Part shown: positions 8,281 to 16,104 of the stretch, piece by piece
Numbering within the stretch: the first letter of the stretch is position 1
Layout: every line of letters begins with the position of its first letter
Virus record (IMG/VR): IMGVR_UViG_3300025018_000457
Span: 1 to 28,325 of that record
Direction: 5' to 3' (one strand)
DNA: 28,325 nt
Source of the DNA: a virus
Taxonomy: Duplodnaviria; Caudoviricetes
Translations under genes and position numbers: made by a program
The notes under the pieces: generated by a model
Told to the model about the DNA's origin: nothing
The model's input: the letters and a program-made list of their open reading frames with translations, nothing else
Database searches by the model: none

Positions 8281-9687
8281 TTATATGTTTATGATGTCAT
8301 TGTTCGCAATCATGAAAGAGATCTCGTACTTGATGTTCTTGTCCTGGGGACGCTGTCCCTCCTTGAGTGATCCTGTCGATATGACCACGGGAACTGTAAC
8401 GCCGTGCTTTATCATGTATACTTCGGGCTGTCCGACCATCTCTAGGAAGTACGCCGAGTCCTCCGGAGTCAGCCACTCGGTCCTCACCGTGTATGTGCTG
8501 GTCTGGTTGATGGAGTATATCGTCTTTCCCGCCTCTGTAGAAGCGTAAGTCCAAGGATTGGTCCCAGACTGTGACCCGAAAGACTTCGTATTGCTCTTCC
8601 TCTCCCAAGACAGCGTGTGTTCATTTCTCATCCTGAACGTGAACGATCCCATGCTGCCCAACCTGTCCTTGAACATCAACACCAGCGTTTCGTAGTTGGA
8701 GCACTGAGGCAGCATGTTAAACTGATACATCTGAGAGATTGAAGTTGGTGTATTGTTGATCAACAGAATCCGGTACCATTTGGTATCTGATTTCAACAAC
8801 GGTCCTGTGCCCAGCAAGAGGTTAGGACAGGTCGCCCCTATCTCCGTAGGTCCCACATTTAGGTAGGTTACATCGGTCGTCGACGTGTTCACAGCAGACT
8901 CATAAATGGTACCGTCGTCTGTCTGCGCCCACACCTTCCAATACGTGTCCATGAACTGTAACCTTGTGATGTCACCCCATCCGGTCGTCTTGAACAGTGG
9001 GTGATACGATATGGCGTAACCAAGAATTGGGGTCGCCAACGTATAACGTGTCGACGAGTATACATTGTAAGCATCGTGGTGTATCGCCCCCTGAAATACT
9101 CTCTTGTCCGTTAGTGTCACGATGTTCTCGTACACGACCCTGCGACCGTCTGCCCAGTTGACAGAACCAACATTCGTAGTCACACCAGGATATACGACGT
9201 CGATGACGATGGTCTTGTTGTCGATGACCTCAACAACAGTATGCAATCCAGACAGTTGTGCTGCCGTGATCGGAGCATCCTGTGTGATGTCTATCTGATC
9301 CTGCGGTTGATATGAATGAATATTTGATACGGCCGACAGCTGAGTATAACCCGCCCAGGTGCCCGTCGTTCTGTTTATGATGGTGTCGTAAATCCAAGGA
9401 ACGCTGAACTCCTCTCCGACCTTGACCTCGTAGTCGACGAACGTGGGGACCATAGACAGTGCGAACTGCGTCTGTAACGCCTTCGAACAGTTGAAAGCAC
9501 AGTAGCCATCAACGGGTCGTGGTGCGATCTTGTACCTGTGAAGATACGTGGCAGCGCCTGCTATCCAAAGGTCGACCACATAACGGAAGCTGGTGTTCGC
9601 CTTGTTCGTCGAATCGAAATAATACCATATTGGGTTGTACGCAGGTGACAGTGCATCTGGCGTTGCTTTGGTCGTTATTGTCGGCAT
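8281..9687 (-). CDS. Tail / distal-tail structural protein
   Basis: 468 aa, beta-rich. N-terminal SPAYNPIWYYFDS and C-terminal FKDRLGSMGSFTF...RTEWL pattern. Upstream of the large tail tip gene. Confidence 0.6.
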   Translation of the reverse strand: MPTITTKATPDALSPAYNPIWYYFDSTNKANTSFRYVVDLWIAGAATYLHRYKIAPRPVDGYCAFNCSKALQTQFALSMVPTFVDYEVKVGEEFSVPWIYDTIINRTTGTWAGYTQLSAVSNIHSYQPQDQIDITQDAPITAAQLSGLHTVVEVIDNKTIVIDVVYPGVTTNVGSVNWADGRRVVYENIVTLTDKRVFQGAIHHDAYNVYSSTRYTLATPILGYAISYHPLFKTTGWGDITRLQFMDTYWKVWAQTDDGTIYESAVNTSTTDVTYLNVGPTEIGATCPNLLLGTGPLLKSDTKWYRILLINNTPTSISQMYQFNMLPQCSNYETLVLMFKDRLGSMGSFTFRMRNEHTLSWERKSNTKSFGSQSGTNPWTYASTEAGKTIYSINQTSTYTVRTEWLTPEDSAYFLEMVGQPEVYMIKHGVTVPVVISTGSLKEGQRPQDKNIKYEISFMIANNDIINI

Positions 9688-9706
9688 ATTGTTAGTTTCT
9701 TTTTAA

Positions 9707-9713
9707 TACTGTG
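9707..9713 (-). promoter_or_regulatory. TTCGCACAGTA motif, putative late promoter
   Basis: Intergenic, about 20 nt upstream of ATG 9687. Confidence 0.6.
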
Positions 9714-9724
9714 CGAAGCACGCA

Positions 9725-10210
9725 TCAACGGATGGTTATGTTCTTTTGTTTGGACAGACTCAACAGCACATCGTCCGTAATGGCCTGGGCCCACTGTCCT
9801 GCCGCGTCTTCCAGTGCGTCGTACTTTCTGTTCGTCTCTAGATTCTGGAGTGCTCTTGCAATGACGTCAGACGGTGGTATGCCGTTCTCCGCGATGGACT
9901 TTGCTATGGCGAAGGCCGCCCCCTCTGGGATTCCCTTCTCCCTGCACCACTTTCGGATGGGATCGACTGGCGGCATCCTCGATCCTGCGCGCCTGCCCTC
10001 GTCTACATAGATGAGGTAGTCTTCCGCCTCGATCACTAAAGTCCAAGACGTGCCGAAACCAGTCTTCATGAGACGCGTCGATAAACTGCGTATAAGATCG
10101 CCTGACGCAACCTTCCCGAGCGATCTGAGTAAAGAGTCCAGCTCGTAGATGTAGTCTTCGCCAAGGCGCTCTAACGCTTCCTTAAATGCTTTGTCTGTTT
10201 CCTCTGCCAT
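9725..10210 (-). CDS. Tail completion / neck protein (HK97 gp10-like)
   Basis: ASGDLIRSL, YLIYVDEGRRAG, MPPVDPIRKW and AFAIAKSIAENG motifs are typical of this group. Confidence 0.6.
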   Translation of the reverse strand: MAEETDKAFKEALERLGEDYIYELDSLLRSLGKVASGDLIRSLSTRLMKTGFGTSWTLVIEAEDYLIYVDEGRRAGSRMPPVDPIRKWCREKGIPEGAAFAIAKSIAENGIPPSDVIARALQNLETNRKYDALEDAAGQWAQAITDDVLLSLSKQKNITIR

Positions 10211-10229
10211 GTTATTTCTTCGGTTTATC
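10190..10229. repeat. 40-bp direct repeat, copy 1
   Basis: TTTGTCTGTTTCCTCTGCCATGTTATTTCTTCGGTTTATC; 39/40 identical to 10770-10809. Confidence 0.95.
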
Positions 10230-10790
10230 GTTTACTAGACTAGACTCAGATGCAGACCTGGTCACCACGATTCCCTCTCCAGACTTTTTCAACCTGAACA
10301 GATATGCTGACCAATAATGCCGACACGAGTAGCTCCCTTTGTACTGCCAGATGCTGTACACACCGAAATCGTTGTTCGCCATTGAGAAGCTCATCTGGTT
10401 GATGTCCTCTCTCCTGAAGTAAGATCCCGAGAAGTTCTGCATCATGTATGCGCAAAAATCTCTGTTCTTCGAATCGGTCGGCCCCTCATAGATATACCTG
10501 ACGACGACATCGCTGTCCAAGAAGCTTGGTGCCTCGGGATCAGGATGTATTCCCGCCGTGTTCAGGAACTTGAAAGTCTTGATCATCCTAGATTCATCTG
10601 GTATGCCGTCAACGAGGTACGGCGTCAGGTCGCTAATCTTCTTGACGATCTCGTAGTCAGACATGTCGTCGGTCTTCAGGTCCTTCAGGCCGTCTTTGAT
10701 GAGCTCCGCCTGCGCAGGCGTGATGACCTGACGGTCCCTGAGTGCAAGAAGTTTTTGTAGTTTGTTCATTTTGTCTGTTTCCTCTACCAT
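10212..10790 (-). CDS. Hypothetical virion morphogenesis protein (possibly a MuF/F-like Cys-His domain)
   Basis: 192 aa with RYIYEG..NRDFC and KGSYSCRHYW motifs. Alternative start at 10769 (MNKLQK). Confidence 0.45.
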   Translation of the reverse strand: MVEETDKMNKLQKLLALRDRQVITPAQAELIKDGLKDLKTDDMSDYEIVKKISDLTPYLVDGIPDESRMIKTFKFLNTAGIHPDPEAPSFLDSDVVVRYIYEGPTDSKNRDFCAYMMQNFSGSYFRREDINQMSFSMANNDFGVYSIWQYKGSYSCRHYWSAYLFRLKKSGEGIVVTRSASESSLVNDKPKK

Positions 10791-10809
10791 GTTATTTCTT
10801 CGGTTTATC
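10770..10809. repeat. 40-bp direct repeat, copy 2
   Basis: Offset exactly 580 bp from copy 1, one mismatch. Confidence 0.95.
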
Positions 10810-12016
10810 CAAAATAAGCTACTGTTACAGGAACAATCGAACTATTGCTTATCCCCCAATTATCACTATCTGTTATTGTACCATCAAGGGTCCATATCTT
10901 ATTGCCACCACTAGAATCAATTCTCAGTGCATCACAATTAATAACCTCTTGATTAGCATTAGTGCCATTATATATTAATGTGACTTTTGCAGTTGCACTT
11001 GAAGACTGTAATAATCTTGGATACAATTTATTTGAATATGAACTAATTGAATTATTAATTGTATAGACATTCTGATAATAAAAATTTATGTAGCTAGATA
11101 TTAAATTCTTGTTTATATTTTGAATGTCATTAATTATGAAATCATCAACAGTAAAACCAGCAGAACCGAAGAAGTAAACATTATATAAATTGACTATTAT
11201 TTTTCGTGCATTGAATAATGAATTAAATGTATAGAGACTATATGTATTACTCCCCTGAAAATATACATTATTCCAAGTCATTCCACTCGTATTCAATGTT
11301 GTCTGTGCCTGGATGATTAGATTAGAATTATTAGTTAATGTATCGACTGTACCAGCGGTATGTGTTATAGTACCAATTGAATGAGTGATATATTCTCGTA
11401 GTGTTAATGTTCCTCCACTTTTGTTTATAATTATAGGATTTTTTGCTGAACCAGTAATCGAGGTCCCACCCCATAAACAATTATTTGAACCCGTAAATTC
11501 TATCGTGGTAGTACCACCCAGTTGTCTATTACCTGTACCCAAGTTCCAGTCATCATATACCAATATTTTATTACCATTTAGAGTCAAGAGTACATTTGTT
11601 GTTAAAAACGCTGTCAGTTTTCCTACATTCCAATCATCCGTTAATGTTATGGTATGCGGATTTAGACCACCCAAAAATAGATATGGGACATAACAACCAT
11701 TTGATGTTATGCTCACAGCAATCCCATTTGCAAAAGAGCTTAAATACCCGCCAGCCATACTCAAAGTTGCACCTGAGCCCAAGATAATGCTCTTATTGTA
11801 AACATTTAAAGTAAAAGTCCCAAACGTAAGAGTTCCTGTATAATTTGTCATATCGAGCCTATAACAAGCCCTATTACCACCTAATGTACAAGCTGGACTT
11901 GCTGCATCAAATGTAGTTGTATGACCATCAACAGATGTAGGGACTGTTCCTAAAGACCAATTTGTTGCTGTTATCCAAGCTGAAGATGTTGCTCCTGTGA
12001 ATGTATTTACTGCCAT
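10805..12016 (-). CDS. AT-rich beta-helix-like fibre / receptor-binding or decoration protein
   Basis: 403 aa, Thr/Asn/Gly/Ile-rich, with an N-terminal WITATNWSLGTVP motif as in autotransporter-like passenger domains. DNA is much more AT-rich than the flanks. Confidence 0.55.
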   Translation of the reverse strand: MAVNTFTGATSSAWITATNWSLGTVPTSVDGHTTTFDAASPACTLGGNRACYRLDMTNYTGTLTFGTFTLNVYNKSIILGSGATLSMAGGYLSSFANGIAVSITSNGCYVPYLFLGGLNPHTITLTDDWNVGKLTAFLTTNVLLTLNGNKILVYDDWNLGTGNRQLGGTTTIEFTGSNNCLWGGTSITGSAKNPIIINKSGGTLTLREYITHSIGTITHTAGTVDTLTNNSNLIIQAQTTLNTSGMTWNNVYFQGSNTYSLYTFNSLFNARKIIVNLYNVYFFGSAGFTVDDFIINDIQNINKNLISSYINFYYQNVYTINNSISSYSNKLYPRLLQSSSATAKVTLIYNGTNANQEVINCDALRIDSSGGNKIWTLDGTITDSDNWGISNSSIVPVTVAYFG

Positions 12017-12017
12017 A

Positions 12018-13178
12018 TTAAGATTTAGTTATTTGAATATAAAGCCACGCCTTGGTTAATGTTGCGGCAGAATCTAAAACAAATTCTAGTTCATCATCTG
12101 CTGTCAATGCGACAGACGTCCAAGATGTCGGAGCCGCGTTATTCCGCATAGCAGAACTTAAGAGTGGTTTATTTCCAGCTCCAATGATGGTAGTTCCTGA
12201 ACGTTTAATGTCGAATTGAACTGAACCTGAAACATCTCCAATAACATACCAAGCTACTATTGTCGATGTACTATCAACAACTCGATACCCTAATGTGCCA
12301 GTTGTTGGTACGTTGCCTTGTCCATCGACGGATAAACATATAGTATCAGATGACACGCCTGAGAATCCTGATACGCCTGAGAATCCAATACCACTAAACC
12401 CTGACACGCCTGAGTAACCTGACACGCCTGACACGCCTGAGAATCCAATACCACTGAATCCTGATGTTCCAATACCACTGAATCCTGACACGCCTGAGAA
12501 TCCAATACCACTGAATCCTGATGTTCCAATACCACTTATACCTGACACGCCTGAGAATCCTGATGTTCCAATTCCACTAAATCCAGACACGCCTGAGAAT
12601 CCAATACCACTGAACCCTGACACGCCTGAGTAACCTGACACGCCTGAGAATCCAATACCACTGAATCCTGACACGCCTGAGAACCCGAGAGGCTCGGCAG
12701 GGAAGTAAGGTCCAGATGGCAGCGGACTTATGGAAGGATCTAATGGTATGTCACAAAACATCGTGCCCGTCATCTCTACTGACAGGTCCATGGTCCATCC
12801 AAAACAGAAGTCCATGAGCGCGTTGTTCTTTGGAACGGCAGTAGGATCTGAGATCGCCATGACGTTGACGTAAAACGGATTGTCCGTCCCGAACCACATT
12901 CGGATGTCATTTATGATCCGCTGCGTGTCTGACACAACGTCTCCCTCGTTCGACCTGTCCTTCTCGATGCGATCGTACACGTGAAACCTGACGTTCTGCT
13001 TGATCATCTCGCCGAGTCCGGCAGAGATCGGCGTCATGAATACCACAGGGAACAGGTCTGACTCGGTGGCCAGCGTCGGAATCTGCTCCTCGACCGTAGA
13101 GTAGAATCTCCTGATCGCATAGTGAGATGCACAAAACGGCTCCACGATCTGCTCTAACTGTTTATATGAATAGTTCAT
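12018..13178 (-). CDS. Tail-terminator-like domain fused to a Gly-X-Ser repeat stalk and a C-terminal beta domain
   Basis: N-terminal ~150 aa (FPVVFMTP...VVSDTQRIINDI...GWTMDLSV...CDIP), ~110 aa of GFS/GVS/GYS/GTS triplets, and a ~105-aa AT-rich-encoded C-terminal domain. Confidence 0.55.
   Translation of the reverse strand: MNYSYKQLEQIVEPFCASHYAIRRFYSTVEEQIPTLATESDLFPVVFMTPISAGLGEMIKQNVRFHVYDRIEKDRSNEGDVVSDTQRIINDIRMWFGTDNPFYVNVMAISDPTAVPKNNALMDFCFGWTMDLSVEMTGTMFCDIPLDPSISPLPSGPYFPAEPLGFSGVSGFSGIGFSGVSGYSGVSGFSGIGFSGVSGFSGIGTSGFSGVSGISGIGTSGFSGIGFSGVSGFSGIGTSGFSGIGFSGVSGVSGYSGVSGFSGIGFSGVSGFSGVSSDTICLSVDGQGNVPTTGTLGYRVVDSTSTIVAWYVIGDVSGSVQFDIKRSGTTIIGAGNKPLLSSAMRNNAAPTSWTSVALTADDELEFVLDSAATLTKAWLYIQITKS
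12352..12683 (-). repeat. Coding tandem repeats (Gly-X-Ser triplets with GI interruptions)
   Basis: Recurrent CCTGACACGCCTGAGAATCCAATACCACTGAAT blocks. Confidence 0.9.
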
Positions 13179-13204
13179 TGTATGTTATTTTTTTATTTTA
13201 CTAT

Positions 13205-13233
13205 CTCCTGGAGTCGTAAAGACGTTACAACTA
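13205..13233 (-). promoter_or_regulatory. Repeated leader element, copy A
   Basis: Minus strand TAGTTGTAACGTCTTTACGACTCCAGGAG, identical to 15283-15311. Lies in the 5' leader of 12018..13178. Confidence 0.8.
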
Positions 13234-13238
13234 CTGTG
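13232..13238 (-). promoter_or_regulatory. TTCGCACAGTA motif, putative late promoter
   Basis: Just after the TerL stop and directly upstream of leader element copy A. Confidence 0.6.
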
Positions 13239-13243
13239 CGAAC

Positions 13244-14398
13244 TTAACAACTGAATTGCAGTCCTCCGGCATTAGCCCGTAGGTACGTCGTACAATATCT
13301 GGCTGCGTCGATTCCGTCGTCGTCTACCTTCATGACCTCGTCCGTGATGACACCCCTTATCTTCCTGTAACGGTATGACTCTAAGTTGCTTATGAGCTGT
13401 AAAGAACTCGGTTCGACTGTAATGATCGATGTTCTCAGAATCTCGAGACCCTTCTTGACGGACTTGTCTGCACCAACGCAGTTGAATCCCGCGTCGTTGA
13501 TGGCATGGATAAGATCCGGCCGTGCAGCGTCCGCCAATATGATGGACGCCTTCTCGACGTTCACCTCCATCACGACGAGAAGCTCGTCGATGGACTGGTT
13601 GGATAGGGACGTGATCTGTTCGAGATGAAACCTCCGGCCTGTTCCATCGTGCCATATCCTCACCAGGAAGTTTGGGTGGGTCCATCCAAAGTCAAGGCCG
13701 TATGCGATCTCCGTGAGATCGGCTGGACGTTGTTGTATGACGTGGTGCCTGATGACGTGCTCCTGAGTCTGTGCGCGCTCTCCGAGGTTGTACACCTTGT
13801 AAGCGTCTGGATCCGTGTGTTTTAGAAACTGTAGCTCCTCTACCTGTGCATCAGATAGGAACGGATTCATCCTGAATGTGCTCTTCTGTAGGACAGCGTT
13901 GTCTCGCTCTCCCAATTCGTAGAGCCAGCCGTTGGTGAATGACGGGTTGAAGTCGAATATCATCTTCTCCTCGGTACGGAGATTCAGCTGTGTGAAGTCC
14001 TCCTTCCAAATTTCGTTAGATTCGTTGCACCAACAGATGTGTCGCTTACGCCCTCGGACCTTGGCCTCGTCATCGACCGAGAAGAACTCGACCTGTGATC
14101 CGTTTGGAAACGTGTAGATGTGTTCCGAGCGGTTGTGGTTATTCTGTTTGTAAAGATTCAGTTCGACCAGAATCGAGAAGAAATCACGCATAACGGTGGC
14201 CTTGAGCGCCGGAAAGGTCTTCCTGATGATCGAGACGATCTTGCCCGGGTTCTGCAGGCAGTATATGATCAGCAGCTGACAGATACTGTAAGTCTTACTG
14301 GACCTGGATCCGCCCTGGAGAAGTATGAAACGCTTGTCGGAATAGAACGCTTCGGACACATTCGAGAATACGTCAGTGTATTGCATCTCTATTTCCAT
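13244..14398 (-). CDS. terL: Terminase large subunit (PBSX-like)
   Basis: Walker A GGSRSSKT, Walker B ICWCNE, DFNP motif, and nuclease motifs GLDFGW, ADAARP, DDGIDAARY. Confidence 0.93.
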   Translation of the reverse strand: MEIEMQYTDVFSNVSEAFYSDKRFILLQGGSRSSKTYSICQLLIIYCLQNPGKIVSIIRKTFPALKATVMRDFFSILVELNLYKQNNHNRSEHIYTFPNGSQVEFFSVDDEAKVRGRKRHICWCNESNEIWKEDFTQLNLRTEEKMIFDFNPSFTNGWLYELGERDNAVLQKSTFRMNPFLSDAQVEELQFLKHTDPDAYKVYNLGERAQTQEHVIRHHVIQQRPADLTEIAYGLDFGWTHPNFLVRIWHDGTGRRFHLEQITSLSNQSIDELLVVMEVNVEKASIILADAARPDLIHAINDAGFNCVGADKSVKKGLEILRTSIITVEPSSLQLISNLESYRYRKIRGVITDEVMKVDDDGIDAARYCTTYLRANAGGLQFSC

Positions 14399-14399
14399 T

Positions 14400-14786
14400 T
14401 TACTCAGGGTAGGTTTTCTTCTCAGCAGGCTTCATCACGATCGTAATGGACTGATCATCGGCCACCTGACTATCGGTAGGCATTATGTATTTCACTATAT
14501 GCAGGAACAGTGATGCTTTTTCTTTTGGACTGAGCGTGTTCCATACCTCATAGAGATCATCTGCGGTGTCGGTGACAAACTGCAAGAGGAACTTCTTCAT
14601 CTCTGTGGTGGTCTTCGTATGATTTCCTTTTTTAAGTTTGCCCAAGTTATTACCAGCGCCGAAGCGTCCTTTGTCATCACGATTATAGACCGGAACGATT
14701 CCGATTTCTTCGGAATCGTCAGAAAGCTGTTCTACGGTCCCATCGTCAGCATTCAATAGATCGTCAAGTGCATCTTTATCAGGCAT
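14400..14786 (-). CDS. Probable terminase small subunit
   Basis: 128 aa directly upstream of terL, with an RDDKGRFGAGN...KKG..TKTT N-terminal motif common in TerS. Confidence 0.65.
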   Translation of the reverse strand: MPDKDALDDLLNADDGTVEQLSDDSEEIGIVPVYNRDDKGRFGAGNNLGKLKKGNHTKTTTEMKKFLLQFVTDTADDLYEVWNTLSPKEKASLFLHIVKYIMPTDSQVADDQSITIVMKPAEKKTYPE

Positions 14787-14961
14787 TTATGAAATTGTTT
14801 TGTTTTAAGTAGTCGCGGAAGTATTCCTTGATCATCGCAACCTTCGAACTACATCTGCATACTTTGATCTTCCTACCCGTGTATTCATTATAAAGCTCGA
14901 ACATCCGTTTGTTCTGTATTGTATTTCTTTCCATTGAGATTAAATCAAAAATTTCTTCCAT
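14779..14961 (-). CDS. Hypothetical protein (CxC motif)
   Basis: 60 aa, A/T-rich start context, fills the gap between neighbours, overlaps the TerS start. Confidence 0.65.
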   Translation of the reverse strand: MEEIFDLISMERNTIQNKRMFELYNEYTGRKIKVCRCSSKVAMIKEYFRDYLKQNNFINA

Positions 14962-14971
14962 ATTTTAAATT

Positions 14972-15244
14972 TTAAATTTTAATTATCCACCTCACAGTCT
15001 TTTCTGCCACCAGGGGTATAAGAGCTAGGCATAGCATATTGGGCTCGACCTGGAGCTCCTGTGTGATCCAGAGGAGGCACGTGAGGAACGCCGTCCAGGT
15101 GCCGAGACAGAGGCCGCACTCCCAGAAGGAATAATCAGACAGACCTAATCGATCTAAGAGATAAATGTAGGGCTGACTGGTTATGACGATGCCCAAGATT
15201 ATGCCTATGCAGCTAGACATTGTTATTACTTCTAATATGTTCAT
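14972..15244 (-). CDS. Small membrane protein, DUF1360-like (CxxC..W)
   Basis: 90 aa with hydrophobic segments and ECGLCLGTW. First gene of the late arm. Confidence 0.55.
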   Translation of the reverse strand: MNILEVITMSSCIGIILGIVITSQPYIYLLDRLGLSDYSFWECGLCLGTWTAFLTCLLWITQELQVEPNMLCLALIPLVAEKTVRWIIKI

Positions 15245-15251
15245 TGTATGT

Positions 15252-15311
15252 TATCTTTGTACCCGTAGGGCAGTTGTATGCACTCCTGGAGTCGTAAAGA
15301 CGTTACAACTA
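15252..15311 (-). promoter_or_regulatory. Repeated leader element, copy B (long form)
   Basis: Minus strand GTTGTAACGTCTTTACGACTCCAGGAGTGCATACAACTGCCCTACGGGTACAAAGATA. Inverted copy at 23655-23724. Confidence 0.8.
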
Positions 15312-15315
15312 ACAA

Positions 15316-15338
15316 TACTGTGCAAAGGTCCTACTGTG
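15316..15338 (-). promoter_or_regulatory. Two tandem CACAGTA motifs at the head of the late arm
   Basis: TACTGTG on the + strand at 15316-15322 and 15332-15338. Confidence 0.6.
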
Positions 15339-15348
15339 TATCAAAAGC

Positions 15349-15372
15349 GAGAGGACCCTACCGGGTCCTCTC
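15349..15372. terminator. GC-rich hairpin, probable intrinsic terminator
   Basis: Perfect 10-bp stem GAGAGGACCC-TACC-GGGTCCTCTC; GCTTTT follows on the minus strand. Confidence 0.55.
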
Positions 15373-15374
15373 TG

Positions 15375-15873
15375 TGAGATAATAAAAATAAAACAGGAAA
15401 AATGGCATTAGAACCTGAATCTATTATTTTATTAATGAATGATGATTTTGTTTCACTGCCGGTCCGATTCGGCGTGGTAAAAGCTGCCTCCCGCTTAGTC
15501 GGATTTTAGTTTTACCCTAGCCGCCCTTGGACAGGGAATAAAAAATGAAAAAGGGCGGCTTAGGATTTTCTTTTTTAGAAAAATCCGACTCACAAAATCA
15601 AGAACGTCAACAGTTTAAACAAGGTAAAGGGGATAAGGGTAAGTAATAAATTATATATTATAGGGTACTATAAAAGGTAGAATAGGCTCGTATGAGCTCT
15701 ATGGGCCGTATGAGCCTATGGTAATATGTAACACATGCATTTTTCACCCCCTTTCGCCCCGAATATTTAATCGTTTGATAATCAATATATTGAATTAAAA
15801 AAACAAAATATCGTTGAAACTTTTTAAAAACAGAGATATATAAATAAAACAAACAAATTTAAAACAAACAACT
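15375..15873. other. Non-coding divergent control region / candidate replication origin
   Basis: Largest non-coding stretch, upstream of helicase and primase. Contains nested inverted repeats (15497-15590, 15682-15719) and AT-rich tracts. Confidence 0.5.
15768..15853 (+). promoter_or_regulatory. Putative early promoter 1 (back-to-back IHF-like sites plus GAGATATATAAA)
   Basis: WATCAANNNNTTR matches at 15780-15792 (+) and 15768-15780 (-). GAGATATATAAATAAAACAAA at 15833-15853 is shared with 19673-19693. Confidence 0.5.
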
Positions 15874-16092
15874 ATGAAAAAACTGCCACAACCGAAGTCT
15901 TTGACTTCACAAATTCGAGATCTATTAACTGATATGAAAGTCGGCAGCATCGAGACTTATCACACGGACAACAGGAACTACACGTCGTTCAAGCAGATGT
16001 TATACAAAGAGATCAACAAAATGCCGAATGGCGAATGGATCACCAAGATTAACTACGAGGAGAACTTGTTGATGATCATCAGAATAAAATAA
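15874..16092 (+). CDS. Small hypothetical protein, possibly DNA-binding
   Basis: 72 aa with an A-rich leader; first gene of the early arm. Confidence 0.7.
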   Translation: MKKLPQPKSLTSQIRDLLTDMKVGSIETYHTDNRNYTSFKQMLYKEINKMPNGEWITKINYEENLLMIIRIK

Positions 16093-16104
16093 GACAAACT
16101 AAAA

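Noticed and set aside
165-9298. Many plus-strand ORFs antisense to structural genes (165..710, 1760..2194, 2390..2971, 3014..3436 and others)
   Set aside because: Shadow frames caused by codon bias of the real minus-strand genes; no start context or motifs.
13205-13213. AGGAG in the element as a Shine-Dalgarno or CsrA site
   Set aside because: Too far from the start codons (about 26-38 nt), absent from copy D, and the genome otherwise uses SD-less starts.
15658-15852. 64-aa minus-strand ORF in the control region
   Set aside because: AT-rich low-complexity frame overlapping promoter-like motifs; no supporting features.
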